Assembly (NCBI GenBank): GCA_030141605.1
Contig: JAQGDQ010000693.1
Span: 47,451-111,450 of the forward strand
Reading direction: 5' to 3'
Origin: Tubiluchus corallicola
Taxonomy: Eukaryota; Animalia; Priapulida
Length of the DNA stretch: 64,000 nt
A model generated the notes under the pieces. That model was not told the DNA's origin and ran no database searches. It saw nothing but the letters and a program-made list of their open reading frames with translations. Each line of letters starts with the position of its first letter. The stretch's first letter is position 1. The position numbers and the translations under genes are program-made. Positions 39,413-51,478 of this stretch are shown here, one piece after another.

Positions 39413-40681
39413 TCACTCGATGACATTAAATGTTACTCCTCCCTTATTCAGTCTATCGATTAATCCGGTGCGAGCAAAGACAGCACCTGGTGTAAATACT
39501 CCACCACCTGGAGGCAGGTTATTTGCTTCTTCGATTAATGTAATTGCTGCTGCTACCATGCATATTGGAGTAGCTGCATAACCAACTTCTGGTCCTTTGA
39601 CAACAGTGTGGATCTTGGCTTTTGGTTCATCTGTGTGCTGTTGATCGGGATCATCAATCTTGGTAGAATATCCCTGGCCAAAGAACTGCATATTGAATGA
39701 AGCGCCCTCAATTTGTTCTCTGGTTGGTCCTTCATGACTGACATAACCGAATGTGAACAAGCGTGGAAATCTTTCCAACAGCGCTCTGCCAAGCCTAAAC
39801 TGTGCAAGAAAAGCAAAAATTGGAAAAACAATCATCATCATGGCTAACCCAAAAGTGGATGATATTCGAACGAATGGGCTCAGTTGTACTGGTCTTGCTT
39901 TATGATGCTCATAATTATATCGCTGTGTCCGCATGCCTATGGAACGATCAGAACCCATGAAAGGGATACACCAGTCATTTCCAACTTGCTCCTCACGAAA
40001 TAATTTTGGACGCTTTGGTGCCTTGTGTGCCGGTTTCGGAAGAGGTGTAGGAAACAATTTCCTCCTCAACTTCAACAGCTCGCCAGAGTAGGCAAATCCA
40101 TAAATTGCAGATTGATAGGTTGCAAAATGTATGACCGAGCCTTTTGGTCCAGATTTAATTTGCAAAAAACTTTCAATGGAATTCAAGTCACCTTTGAATT
40201 TATCAGTGGTAAATGTAACTCCCAAGTCAAAAGGAATGCTGTCAAAACCACATGCTCCAACCACATAGCAACCAGCCTCCTTTGCTTTATCATGATACTT
40301 CAGCTGCATATTTTCTAGAAACTGCGGCTCACCGCTTATGTCCAAGTAGTGTGTTCCAGTGTCTACGCATGCCTTCACAACTGCTTCACCAAAAAACCTG
40401 TAGGGCCCAACACAGTTCAAGACAATTTCTGTAGCTGTGCACATTGATAAAATAGATTTTTCATCATTCACATCAGCAATTAATACAGGTATCTGAGTCA
40501 GATCTCTCTGCACAGCGTCAGTGGCTTGTTGTAGGACATTTTTAAGCTTATTTTCATTTCGCCCTGCTATGGCCCATTTTAGGTTGACATTAGTACCTCT
40601 GGTGTGCCTGGCCAATTCCTCAACAACAAATTGTCCAGTGAAGCCGGAAGCACCAAAAATAATAATGTCATATTTCTCCAT
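39413..40681 (-). CDS. SCCPDH: Saccharopine dehydrogenase-like oxidoreductase, 422 aa, intronless CDS
   Basis: MEKYDIIIFGASGFTG Rossmann motif, WAIAGRN, LNCVGPYRFFGE, YLDISGE, CGFDSIP, GPEVGY, GGVFTPGA; 5'UTR acceptor TTTTTATTTAG at ~40742; AATAAA (-) at 39266-39271. Confidence 0.95.
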   Translation of the reverse strand: MEKYDIIIFGASGFTGQFVVEELARHTRGTNVNLKWAIAGRNENKLKNVLQQATDAVQRDLTQIPVLIADVNDEKSILSMCTATEIVLNCVGPYRFFGEAVVKACVDTGTHYLDISGEPQFLENMQLKYHDKAKEAGCYVVGACGFDSIPFDLGVTFTTDKFKGDLNSIESFLQIKSGPKGSVIHFATYQSAIYGFAYSGELLKLRRKLFPTPLPKPAHKAPKRPKLFREEQVGNDWCIPFMGSDRSIGMRTQRYNYEHHKARPVQLSPFVRISSTFGLAMMMIVFPIFAFLAQFRLGRALLERFPRLFTFGYVSHEGPTREQIEGASFNMQFFGQGYSTKIDDPDQQHTDEPKAKIHTVVKGPEVGYAATPICMVAAAITLIEEANNLPPGGGVFTPGAVFARTGLIDRLNKGGVTFNVIE

Positions 40682-41261
40682 TGTCGAACTATCAGGAGTC
40701 AATGTCTAGTGCTAAGCTTATCTAATCAGCCCAGTCAAACTCTAAATAAAAACAGAATAATTTTAATACTGCACCATTCCCAATATTTCGATAGAATCAG
40801 TAGTTTGTGTTCTAGATATTCCATAATGCTAAAGACAATGTTGAACAAAAAGTAAACTTCAAAGTAACTGCCCTTTGATGTCTTGACACACCAAAGCTCC
40901 AGTCATTAGTGATTCCCACAGATTGTAGAAGTATTCAGGTACCGAAAACTCTATTTACCTTATAAGTACCTGGCACCGAGCCTTCGATGTTTGTCCGGTG
41001 TAGAATCACAGATAATTTGTTAATTAGTAAAAGTTTCACTGGGCCTCCCAGAAGAAAACGCACACAGGGCGAGAGTTTTTTCGGCACTGTAATTCTACTC
41101 AATGTTTTCAGGACACCATAAATAAAATGCAACGCAAATTTTGTGTGCAAGTAGCCTGTTTCTTGAACATGATGCTCTTACATTTGTCAACCACCATTTA
41201 CAACTTTACAAATGAAATAAAAAGTAATGCCAGATGATGCATATTACAGTACAATTATCCT

Positions 41262-41400
41262 TAGGGTGACCATCCCTCCTGATTTTTCCAGACGCATCAA
41301 GGAATTAGGCTTGATGTCAGGGTCCCAAAAGTGTTCGGAAATTGTCAGGAAAAGTCAGTTTTCTCCCAGGAAGATCTCATATTTTCCAAATTTACATGTA
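41262..41400. mobile_element. hAT-like transposon end fragment
   Basis: TAGGGTGACCA terminus with CCTGATTTTTCC subterminal motifs; partner end not found. Confidence 0.35.
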
Positions 41401-42009
41401 GCCAATTCAAACGTAAGTTTGTGAAGCTAAATCCAAATAAATTTTGCCCAAATAATTTTCTAACATTGTGACAATTGTTAAGTATGATTATTTAACAAGT
41501 TTGTTTATAAATTTCATTACTTGTTTAGCTTGGCTTCTTTGGCAAAATACAGCACTCTTTCGTTGATTTAAAAGGCATATCACGTTTTGCAAAGTTTTTA
41601 CTCGCCTAATGATGTGTTCATGATTCAGAATGACTTTGATTACACTGCAATAAAATGCACAGCTACATTTTAAAAACCAAAAAAAAATCATTTATAGCTG
41701 CCAGAAATATCGCAAAATATAGTTTCAAAGCATAAATTTTTTTGTTTACTTGTGGCAATTAAACTGTTAACTTAATGCATTTCATCATTGATTTGCAATG
41801 CAGTTAGCAAATATTTGACGTAACCTAAGCATAAGAACAGAAAATACAAATAACCACAAAATTTTTTGTATCATTTTCAGGCGAGGCCTTAAAATATCAA
41901 TTTTTTATAAACATTTATTTGAAATAATTGTCTGGCAAACAGCAAATAAATGCTGACCAGGTTGTAAGACTTACACTAGTGGCAGAAAAACAAGTCTATC
42001 ACTATTTGC

Positions 42010-42200
42010 TTTCATTGAATAACATCTGCTATTCCTGTGACCAATAAAAAAGTACTGGTAAAGTTTCTTAGGGTCAGAATTTCATCATACGAGCCTATTC
42101 TACTACAAATTTTGCAGTCGTCTACAAATTTAGACAATTTTATTCCTACGCCTTCGCCAATATCATTTACGTAAACTAGAAACAACAGGGGTGCCATTGT
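42010..42200 (-). mobile_element. CR1-group LINE reverse transcriptase fragment
   Basis: PLLFLVYVND...KFVDDCKI (decayed FADD motif). Confidence 0.75.
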
Positions 42201-42766
42201 GATCGAGTGGTAGAACAGAAATCTAAATAAAACCAATAATACCTTTCTTTGTAGTCTGATGGAAGACACATAATAAAGACAGAATTTCCGAGAGCAACTT
42301 ACCACACCTTGGTGCCAATAGCAGAAATCTTTAGCTTTTCAATGTGCTTCCAAAGAATATGAACCACAGAATTTATGGAACTACTGCGCAACAGTTCGCG
42401 CAGTTAGTGTCGTCCTAGCGGCACAGCAGTACGGACTGTTGTTGTCAGGTACCCTATAACACAAGCTGTTCGCGCATCGGTGTGTACTGTAACAGAAGAA
42501 TTGGTGAGACCACCAAAGCCAGGCCGGTCGACAGGCGCGCATAACTTGCTCAGCAGTGAGTTGCAAAAACACAAATAAAAATATCTTTTTAAATTTTTCA
42601 ATGATGCAGCCAGATAATTATAACACAGTTTTGTAACTTTTGTTACAATTTAATATTTGAACACTAAGCAAAGACTGCAAGGCATCACTTCTTTCCCTAA
42701 ACTTTGGTATACTGCTGCTGCTCGGGAGTTTTAAGGCCCTACTTATGATTTTTCATAATACATGGT

Positions 42767-43530
42767 TGTAGGGCGCCGAATAATCCACTAGCCGAAGTAG
42801 GACACTTCCGGTAAAACGTACGTGCTAAATTTGAGGAAAAGCAGTGTCCTACATGGGCAGCCCAAGTAGGACACTAGCGATTTCTGTCGAGAATCGAGAT
42901 TTATGACATAATAATACATTAAACTAAATTTGTTTTAGAAAGAAGTAACTTTATAATAATGATGGATAGTCCTTGACAATTTACAAATGTATTTTTTATA
43001 ACAATATAATCATCATTATTAGCTCCATAAATTCATCATAATATTAAACTAAGTATCTAATTCTTTAAAAAGAGCAACCATGTAGGGCACATAACACGTC
43101 AACCAGCTTACCTAGTAGAAAACAATTATTTGTCCAAGAGGGAGTGAAAAGGATCACCTGTCTGTGAAGCAAGACAAAATAAAAAATGATATACCTTAAA
43201 CAAATGTTGAAATCGCCTAAAAAGTGGGTTTATTTCACTTCAGCAACATTAATATTGGAGCCAAATTTAATATTGTCCGTTCTACCAGCTCAAAATAAAA
43301 TTCGTTTATTTTATCATATGTATAATAAATTATTCAACGCGTATTGATGTTTTTAATTATTATTATTACATGAACAAGGACAACTGACGGTGCCAGTATG
43401 CTTAACGACTCAATTCGCGACCTGTCTCTAGTGTGCTACTTGGGCAGCCCATGTACGACGCGTCCTACTTGGGCTAGCCCATGTACGACAATTGTCCTAC
43501 TTCGGCTAGTGGATTTCTCGGCGCCCAACA
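42767..43530. mobile_element. MITE with ~38-bp TIRs and palindromic subterminal repeats
   Basis: TGTAGGGCGCCGAATAATCCACTAGCCGAAGTAGGACA / TGTCCTACTTCGGCTAGTGGATTTCTCGGCGCCCAACA. Confidence 0.88.
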
Positions 43531-43674
43531 CACGTGTTTACTGCTCAGTTCTCAGCACTCGATGAGTGTGTAAGGTCATAAATTAATTTTACTATGAATT
43601 GTTACACATGCAGTTTTATTTTGTATTAATTGAAGCACTTATGGAGATGACACTTATCGTAGCACTTGTGGCTT

Positions 43675-45891
43675 AAGATAAGATAATATTTATTTTCATC
43701 GGTATGATATAAAACAGTACATATTTGTAAAACATGAGCTTAAAGCTCGTAAACCGATATCAAACATAATGTATATGAGCGATAACATGGTAATAATATG
43801 TACTTCTTAAAATCTTTTGGATGCCACCAGAGGTATTGGTACAAGAAAAATTTATAACTACATGATGACAGTAAAAATTTGAGACAGTAAAATTTTAGGC
43901 AGTAACATTTTCTAAAATTTACACAAAAAGCTATCTAGGTCAATAAAAAAATTTCCTGCCAACACATTCAGCATTTAATTATGACTTAACAAAATTGGGA
44001 AGTTCGCTGAATTTACAAATGGCACATTTACATGATACACCAGTCCATGAGTTAATTAGACGTTTAAATTCAAAGATTCCCCAAGATTTTCGGCCATTCT
44101 GAGACAGTTTGATAATTCATTCCACAATGTGGCTCCGTAATTGACTAGTTTCAGAATTTTTACAGGAATATTGTCAAGGCCAGTCGCCTTTTTGTTACTA
44201 ATGGCACTGAGGTACTTATTTACCTGATCCAGTGAAACAGGCTTGAAATCAAAATTTTCAGTGTCTTTCAAGTTTTCTCTATTTTTCAGAACACTTGGAT
44301 GATTCTGAATCTCGTCCTCTGAAAGTTCTCTACCGATGTCCTTTGCTACTTTAGAGAAATGATCATTGAGCAAATCACAGACTAACTTAGGGTCAGATAC
44401 GACAGAATAATTTTCCAGGAGGCATATATCTTTCCCAGATTTTGAATTTTTACTCAAGAAAGGTTTGATGGTTGGCCAAAAGTCCTTTGATTTCAGCCCC
44501 CCGGTACACCTTTCAATAAAATAGTTTGTAATGGCCTGCCTTTTCAAGGCAGTGACCTTGTTTCGTTGAACATGATATTTGTTCCAATTTCGTTTAGTTC
44601 TTTGCCTTTCCCAAATGCGTTTCAGATTGTTCTTGTAGTTTAGTTCCTTTCTTAATTTCCCGTTCATGAATGGTGCCTTTTGCCGTTTCAGTTTTCTTTC
44701 CTTGACTGGAATGTGCTGGTTCACAATGTCAGTTAGCAACTTTGTGGTCATCCATCATGCATCGTCTATATCATCGAATATTGATGCAACATGGAAAGGG
44801 CCAGACATGACTTCATGGACCAGTTCATCCTGATCAAGGTTTTTGTAGCACCTGTATTTGGCTGTTCCATTTGGCTTCGGTTTCAAGTAAGTTTTCATTA
44901 CACTGAAAACCTGCTTGTGGACATCACTTAATCCAGTATCACAGACAAGAGTTTGGGCAAAAGAGTTTGGTCTGTTGGTTAATACTAAGTCAATAAGAGA
45001 TGGTTCAAAACGTTTGGTAAAACAGGTGGGTTCTTTGACTAGATTTGTGGGATCAAAAATATCACAAAGTTCGACAAGGGAACCACTTTTTTCTGGTCTC
45101 AATAGATCGAAGTTAAAGTCCCCGACCAGTGCTATGTTATCGTAGAATGTTAATACTTTGTCAAGAGATTTAGTCATATCACTTGTGAAGTTTGTGTCAC
45201 TAAGAGACGGAGGCTTATACGATCCTACAAGCAGCCACTTCTTGTCACCGAGTTAGAGTTCAATATTTACAGCTTCCACTTGTTCTGGCTCAGTTTCTTT
45301 CCTTCTTCTGGATGGGATGTCTGACCTAACATAGGCCATAACCCCACCTCCATCACGGTTACGATCATTCCTGAACAATTGATAGCCATCAACTTTGAAC
45401 TGGGCATCTAAGAAAGAATCGTCAAGTTTGGTCTCACCAATCACCGGTACATATACAAGTCTCTCATATAACATCTCAGTAGCTATGATGTACTTAGTTT
45501 GCATACTGTTGATGTTAATGTAAGCAGTTGTCACATTCTTTGGATATGCTTTACGCAGTAACTTTAATTCATCCAAATAATGTCCCTCATCTTCACGTTC
45601 TGGTTCACAATTATGACATAAAAACTCAAGGGAGGCATAGGCAACATGAGCCTGGAAAGTCTCATTATCCATACCGATACATCTGCAGTGCAACCACATA
45701 TCACATTTGTCACACTGGACTCCTTTCCTCACTCCTTTTCCACATATCCCACAGGGGCAGCTTACTGTCTGCGCTTTTTTAGACCCCTTAGGTGGCCCAG
45801 GGTTTAACTCTAGGTCTCCTGATAACAGAAGTGATAAAACGAGGAAAAGTTTGAGTGACTTCACTTTGCGTTGACGCGTCCATGATTGCAT
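43675..45891 (-). mobile_element. Decayed, internally deleted non-LTR retrotransposon (CR1/L2/Crack group): 2A-like peptide, PHD finger, AP endonuclease, RT stump, 3' end
   Basis: GDLELNPGP; CGIC..CDKCDMWLHCRC..FLCHNC; ETKLD, RNDR..GGGV, GDFN, PTC..SLIDL, SDVH; KATGLDNIP; YGATLWNEL; frameshifts between the three ORFs; AATAAA plus TATCT-type tail near 43675-43695. Confidence 0.92.
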
Positions 45892-45940
45892 TTTCTCAAT
45901 GGTGGACGGGGTTGAAACTTAGTTCTGTGGTTACTCTAAG

Positions 45941-46095
45941 ATTCTTTTATTTTATCACATGTATAATAAATTATTCAATGTGTATTGACGTTTTCAGTTA
46001 TTATTATTTAATAAACAAGGACAACAGATGCTGCCAGAATGATTAATGGCTCAAATCATGACCAATTGTCCTACTTCAGCTAGTGTCCTCCCAAC
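45941..46095. mobile_element. Partial copy of the 42767-43530 MITE family (right arm)
   Basis: Aligns by eye to 43300-43410 and ends in TGTCCTACTTCAGCTAGTG..CCCAACA. Confidence 0.75.
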
Positions 46096-46988
46096 ACTCC
46101 TATTCCGAAGACATCTCCTGCAACTTCGTGCCATGATTTAAGACCTATTTCTTTAACATCAGTTGTTGCCCAAATGCTTTAAGTCCATTATATGAAATAA
46201 GGTATTTCTATTTCTTGCCAGTTCTAAGTGTATCTGCAAATACCAGCATGACTCCTTACCAAATCACTCTGTTATAACTAATTTACTCTCTGGCTTAAAT
46301 GAATAGACTAAATTTTTTGATGATCCATCCTTACCTGGTATTGATATTTTGTACTTATACTTTAGAAAAGCTTTTGACTCCATGCATGTAAGAGAGCTAC
46401 TGCTAAAGATGGAGTTCTTATGAATCCGAGGTAATTTCTTAAAATGGTTTGAATTTTTTCTTAACTCATCGTAGACAATGAGATGTTATGAATGGTATAA
46501 CTACAAACTAGCAACCAGTAGGTAATGGAATCCCCCAAGGTACCCCTAGTGCCCTTTTTGCTCGCTTATTTTTATAAATGATAGTACTAATTGTGTGTCT
46601 CCTGCTGCAAACACCCTTTTATTTGTAGATGATCTTAAGCCCTATTGCTCAGTCTGGGGTGACTTAGACCAATTTATTTTACAAAATGATCTCAATGAAA
46701 TTGAAAAATGTGTAGTGAATGGTTGGTGCAACTTAAGAGAAGTAAATGTTGCTCATTACGTGTGCGGAATAAATCAAACACACCATATTATATCAGTGAT
46801 GGAGCTATAGACGAGAAATCTGTTGTAAGTGATTTAGGCATCTACATATCCAATATCCAAAGTGGAACACCCATGTTAATCGTATAATAGCTCAGGCAAA
46901 TCTTCAAATTGGTATGATCAAATGCTGTGTCATTTCAAGATCAGCTAATGTTATAGTCCCTCTATATAAAGCAGTTGTTCGTCCTATC
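46096..46988 (+). mobile_element. Decayed CR1-group LINE RT region (continues after the solo LTR to ~47400)
   Basis: PIPK..DLRPISLTSVV, FRKAFD, GIPQG, FVDDLK, LYKAVVRPIL; many stops and frameshifts. Confidence 0.85.
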
Positions 46989-47330
46989 TGTTGTGGAGAT
47001 CCACTAGAATACTAGAATGTTCTATAGTATAATAGAACCAATCTTCTTACCTTGTAGAAGATTCGAAAACTTTCTATATACGATGCGCGTAGTAGTTTCT
47101 GGTGTTGTCCATTTGCACTGATATATAAGGCGGAGCTGGCCGCTCAAGTTTATTCTCATATTCTCAGATACACTTTCTCGTTTTCACGTTTCCAGATTAT
47201 CACTTGACTGTGTATATTTTGCGTTCCTTCATACTTTGTGTTGTGGAATTCCCACACAATAAACTAGTTTAATTTGACGACGTGTTTTCCTGTTTTCTCT
47301 ACGACCCGTCCAAGAGAAAGAAACACAACA
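46989..47330 (+). mobile_element. Solo LTR, 342 bp
   Basis: TGTTGTG...CACAACA termini, perfect 5-bp TSD CTATC (46984-46988, 47331-47335), TATATAAG at ~47122, AATAAA at 47258. Confidence 0.9.
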
Positions 47331-48490
47331 CTATCTTAACCTTAACCTAATCTTAATCTGATAAATATAGAGTAATGCAATATAGAGTTTAATAAACTAC
47401 GCTGTGTACAGTTATTAAATTATTTTATTAAATTGGGGTTCAAACCTAGTTAGAATTGTGATTATCTTGATTATCACTATGTGTCAATGAATAATGACTA
47501 ATGAGTCTTCAAAATTAAGCAACCTAAGAATTCCCATGAATGAACCCATAATTATTGAGTTGTTTGTATTTTAACTGAAACCAAACCTATCTGAAACAAA
47601 TCAGGTTAGTCTTTATAATGCAAAATTTAGCTTTTTACTGACAAAGACAAAAAGATGGGAAATGAACTGAACAAGCCATACAATTGGCAAATTGCATTGA
47701 GAATGTCACAAAAAATATGGCCTTAAAAATATAAGTAACTTCTAATTTTTCTCAAAAAAAACAATGTAGTAGTAATTTTATTATGGCACTATGTGCACTA
47801 ACTTCAATGGAAATACAGCAGTCACTTAATAAAACCACCGCGGGGCCAGCAATGTGTGGTCTTAATACATTGCAGATTTATTTGTAGCTGCTTGCTGCGA
47901 GCGTATGTATTTGGCAAAGTACTGTATGTAAATGTTTCAGTTTAGTTTACCTTAGTTTATTCTATTTGCCATAACAAAAATATTGTGAAATGATTACAGA
48001 ATTAAAAAGAAAACAAGAATGTAAATAATAAAGTTGATTAATAAATTATTGGGGCTGTCCAAAAAAACTTGTATAGTCAAGCCCAATATGGCAAACAGAA
48101 GAGAAAACTGTAGGTGCAATAATAAAAGGTGGTTCCTGGGAGGATGAGAAGTATGAAAAGTGAAATGATATGAAGATGTAATATGAAAATGAGAATAAGA
48201 AATTTAGGTTCGCATGAGAATGACATAAGAATGTAATAATTGTATGTAAATCGGCAAGGCAGTCACAGTCGTGAGAGGAATCAGATTTTGTCCACTCGCG
48301 TACACTCTTTTCTTCTACTTCTTTTACGTTTTTACTTATTATTATGGAGTATAGTCCATTTTTATTGTTCTGTGAGTGTAATGAAACATTACAGATTATT
48401 AATGTCTAGATTATGGTCCATAATGAAGCATTTGAGGCCTTTTTTATATTTGAAAATATTTTGCTCTGATTTTACATGATCAGGGAGATA

Positions 48491-49853
48491 TAGTCATTTG
48501 CAAAAGTATCTGACCACCCCTCAGAAAACAGCATTTATTAGGAAAATATGATTTTATGGAAACATAAAATTCTTTATTGTTGTCAAATCTTGGAAAAATT
48601 AACACAGCGTGTTCGAATTCGTATTCTTATTATATTTAAGAGTCATATTGAAGATATTTCAGTATTTTGTGTGCCCTCCATGAGCATCGATGACTGCTTG
48701 CAGTCGGTGAGGCATACTAGCTGTAAGTGATGCGCAATAGTCTTTCTTGATTTCTTTCACCCACACATCTCTGATCGCGCCAACTAGTGCTGGGGCGCTT
48801 GGAGGCCATTTTTCATCTACTAAATCCTTCATTTGAGACCACAGATTCTCAATTGCATTTAAATCTGGACTATTGCCTGGCCAATCCAAGACCTTGACGT
48901 GATTTTTCATCAAAAATTCCTTCACAAGCTTTAATCAGTTGCAGGGAGCACCGTCCTGCATGAAAATAGTGATTTTGTGGATTGGCATATGCAAAGTTAG
49001 CTTATCCCTCAGTAACTCATATTTTAGTCCATTCATGGTGGTCCCAGGCATTAAATAAATATAGTCCAGCGGTACCATTTGTGCTCATGGCACCCCATAT
49101 CAACTGACTCAGTGACTGTTTCATGGTTGAAGCGGTGTATTTTTCGTTGAACCGTTTGTCGTCGGGTCTACGGACATGATTTTTCCGAACTACGAACTGT
49201 TGTAAAGTTGATTCATCAGAAAAAAGCACTTTGCCCCAGTCTTCGACAGTCCAGTGCTTATGCTTTTTGGAGAAGTCCAATTTCTTCTTTTTCATCAAAG
49301 CTGTCAGTCGTGGCTTTTTAGCGGGTTTGTACGACTTTAGCCCGTATTCTTTGCTGAGTCTATGCAGACACTAACATTAGTACCTTTTCTGAGGAGCTGG
49401 GCATGAATTTTTTGTAGGAACTCATTGGAGATCACGCTGCGATGCGTTTGATGGGAGTTGTTTTGCGCAGCCTACCACTTTTCTTCCGATTGCCATAAAG
49501 TCCTTCCTGATTGAATTTTTGTATCGCTCTTTGAACAGATGATTTAGAGACACTTTATTGTTTCGATATTTCATGCTGTTTCATCCATTTTTGTGAAGTG
49601 CAACAATCTGGGCACCTTTTACTTCTGTCAGCTACAGATTTTTGCTCATTTTTGGTAATCCAAAAAATCGAAAAAGTAATCTAAAAGCACGACAAACTGA
49701 AAATTAATACGAGAAACGATGCTGGAAACGTTATTTAGACAATGAATGTGGCATACAAGAAAGCTGATGCATTCACAATCACGGCTGATGCAATGAATAG
49801 GCAGGGTTGCCAAATTGGCATATTTTTGAAGGTGGTCCAAATTAATGGCCCAG
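48491..49853 (-). mobile_element. Tc1-family DNA transposon with pseudogenised transposase
   Basis: WTVEDWGKVLFSDES, FMQDGAPC, WPGNSPDLNAIENLW, SMPHRLQAVIDAHGGHTKY; stops and frameshifts; degenerate ends sharing GACCACC. Confidence 0.92.
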
Positions 49854-50775
49854 TAAAAGAAATGAAGTGCTTAGCAGCATTCGTACAGACATATGGAAGA
49901 AAGTATTGATTAAATCATGTGTTGTGAAATCTTACATTTGGTTTGATAGGATTTTTGAAGAATTTTCGTAATAATTTGCTATTTGCTTTATACTTAAAAA
50001 TCGCTATATGTTAAAACTCTCTGTTATCTATAGACAAGATATTACTTTGTTTGAAGATAGTGTTAAATACTGGAGTGAGTTTATTTAATCCAAAATATAA
50101 ACGAAGAAATTTTCTTTGAATACCTAATTAATATAGTATGTCACACATATATGTACAGGCTAATATATGTGCTTACATCACCTTTATTAACATTGGTTCT
50201 GTAAAAACATATTTATTTATTGAATGGCTGTCAATTTTACCTGCCATTCATTTTTGTAATCAAGGCATGCTTTTGCGAGACACCCCTAAGTCCCTGTCGC
50301 TTCCCGCTGGCTACAGGGTTGCGGCCTTTTGAATTTGTCTAATTACTCTAATTCCACCTATGCATCTAACACCGTGTTCTTCCATTCACCTGTCATAATT
50401 TAACGAGTTATGTGCGAAAAACCTTGCTTATAGGCTCACGCAGACATAGGGCAACCAAGATACTCCTATTCAAGTGTATAACAATGATTCAAATTCATTT
50501 AACAGATTAAAGTCTGGCAACTGTGTACGCAGAGTGCTTATGATGAAACAATCAATTCTTTCAGCGTGACAGACTAGGAAGAAGTGAATCTTGGAAACGG
50601 GTTTTAGATTTCTGCTGCGTATCTTAAAAAATACCCAAACTACCAGTTTTTTTGTTTTGCTATTGCTATTGCTGGTGATATATCGTGGAACAAGCTGAGC
50701 ATTTCCCAGATTTGCTTACTTTCACATTTTAAATTTAATCTTTGAATTTACAATTTCAGGTTTCAGTTAGATGAT

Positions 50776-50781
50776 ATGGAG
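50776..50781 (+). CDS. THUMPD1: Proposed two-codon first coding segment (Met-Glu) of THUMPD1
   Basis: ATG GAG|GTATGG donor; splicing to AG|51479 is in frame with the THUMPD1 ORF. Confidence 0.5.
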
Positions 50782-50783
50782 GT

Positions 50784-51467
50784 ATGGCTCAGACTTCATA
50801 TGATCTTGATACTGAGGAAGGCATCAAAGAATATTTGAGAAATCTAGGTATTGAATACAGGTTCTCCTGTTACAGTGAGAAAAAACCAGATGGTTGCCAT
50901 CTGCTCGGCGATTATCTAGAGGCAGTAGACAAAGATTTTGAAAAAGCACAAAAAGTTTACAAAGATAATTGCGATAAGAACTTTTTTGGACATAGCTGTT
51001 GTAAGTTTGGAACATATCTAGTTCTCGGTAAAGGTGGTTTAAAGAAGGATATTGAACAGGCTTATAAGTATTTTACAGCAGGCTGTGAAAATTCTTCTGG
51101 AGTTGGTTGTTATCACGCTGGGTTGCTAATCAACAGTGGTGAAATTGGAGATAAAAAAGACAAGGTAACAGCAGCACAGCTGTTTGAGAAAGGTTGCGAA
51201 TTGGATAATCCTCAAAGCTGTTACCATATCAGTGGTCTCCTCCTTCAAGGCGGAGATATACCTCGTGACTTGAAGAGAGCTTTCAAATTTTCATTGAAAG
51301 CATGTGAGATGGACAATCCATATGCTTGTGCCAATGTGAGCATGATGTATAAGAAAGGAGATGGAGTGAAAGCAGATAAAGCTCTCTCAGAAAAGTATAA
51401 GAAAATTGCAGAAGAGCTCCAAGACGCTCACAAAAAAGAACAACGCAGATTGAAGTTAAACGAATAA
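50784..51467 (+). CDS. COA7: Cytochrome c oxidase assembly factor 7 (Sel1-like repeats), 227 aa, intronless
   Basis: IKEYLRNLGIEYRFSCYSEKKPDGCHLLGDYLEAV, Cys-rich SEL1 repeats, YACANVSMMYKKGDGV; upstream acceptor TTTCAG at 50759. Confidence 0.95.
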   Translation: MAQTSYDLDTEEGIKEYLRNLGIEYRFSCYSEKKPDGCHLLGDYLEAVDKDFEKAQKVYKDNCDKNFFGHSCCKFGTYLVLGKGGLKKDIEQAYKYFTAGCENSSGVGCYHAGLLINSGEIGDKKDKVTAAQLFEKGCELDNPQSCYHISGLLLQGGDIPRDLKRAFKFSLKACEMDNPYACANVSMMYKKGDGVKADKALSEKYKKIAEELQDAHKKEQRRLKLNE

Positions 51468-51478
51468 TTTCTCTTTAG

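Noticed and set aside
40025-40855. Plus-strand ORFs overlapping SCCPDH
   Set aside because: Antisense shadows without independent features.
47336-47360. Telomere-like TTAACC repeats
   Set aside because: Only about three degenerate units within a decayed LINE.
50533-50702. Possible C/D snoRNA (ATGATGA at 50540, CTGA at 50695, short GTGC/GCAT stem)
   Set aside because: Long spacing, no recognisable rRNA guide, and the motifs are expected by chance; a covariance-model search would be needed.
51465-51478. COA7-THUMPD1 fusion by stop-codon read-through
   Set aside because: The two ORFs are in different frames, so read-through alone cannot fuse them.
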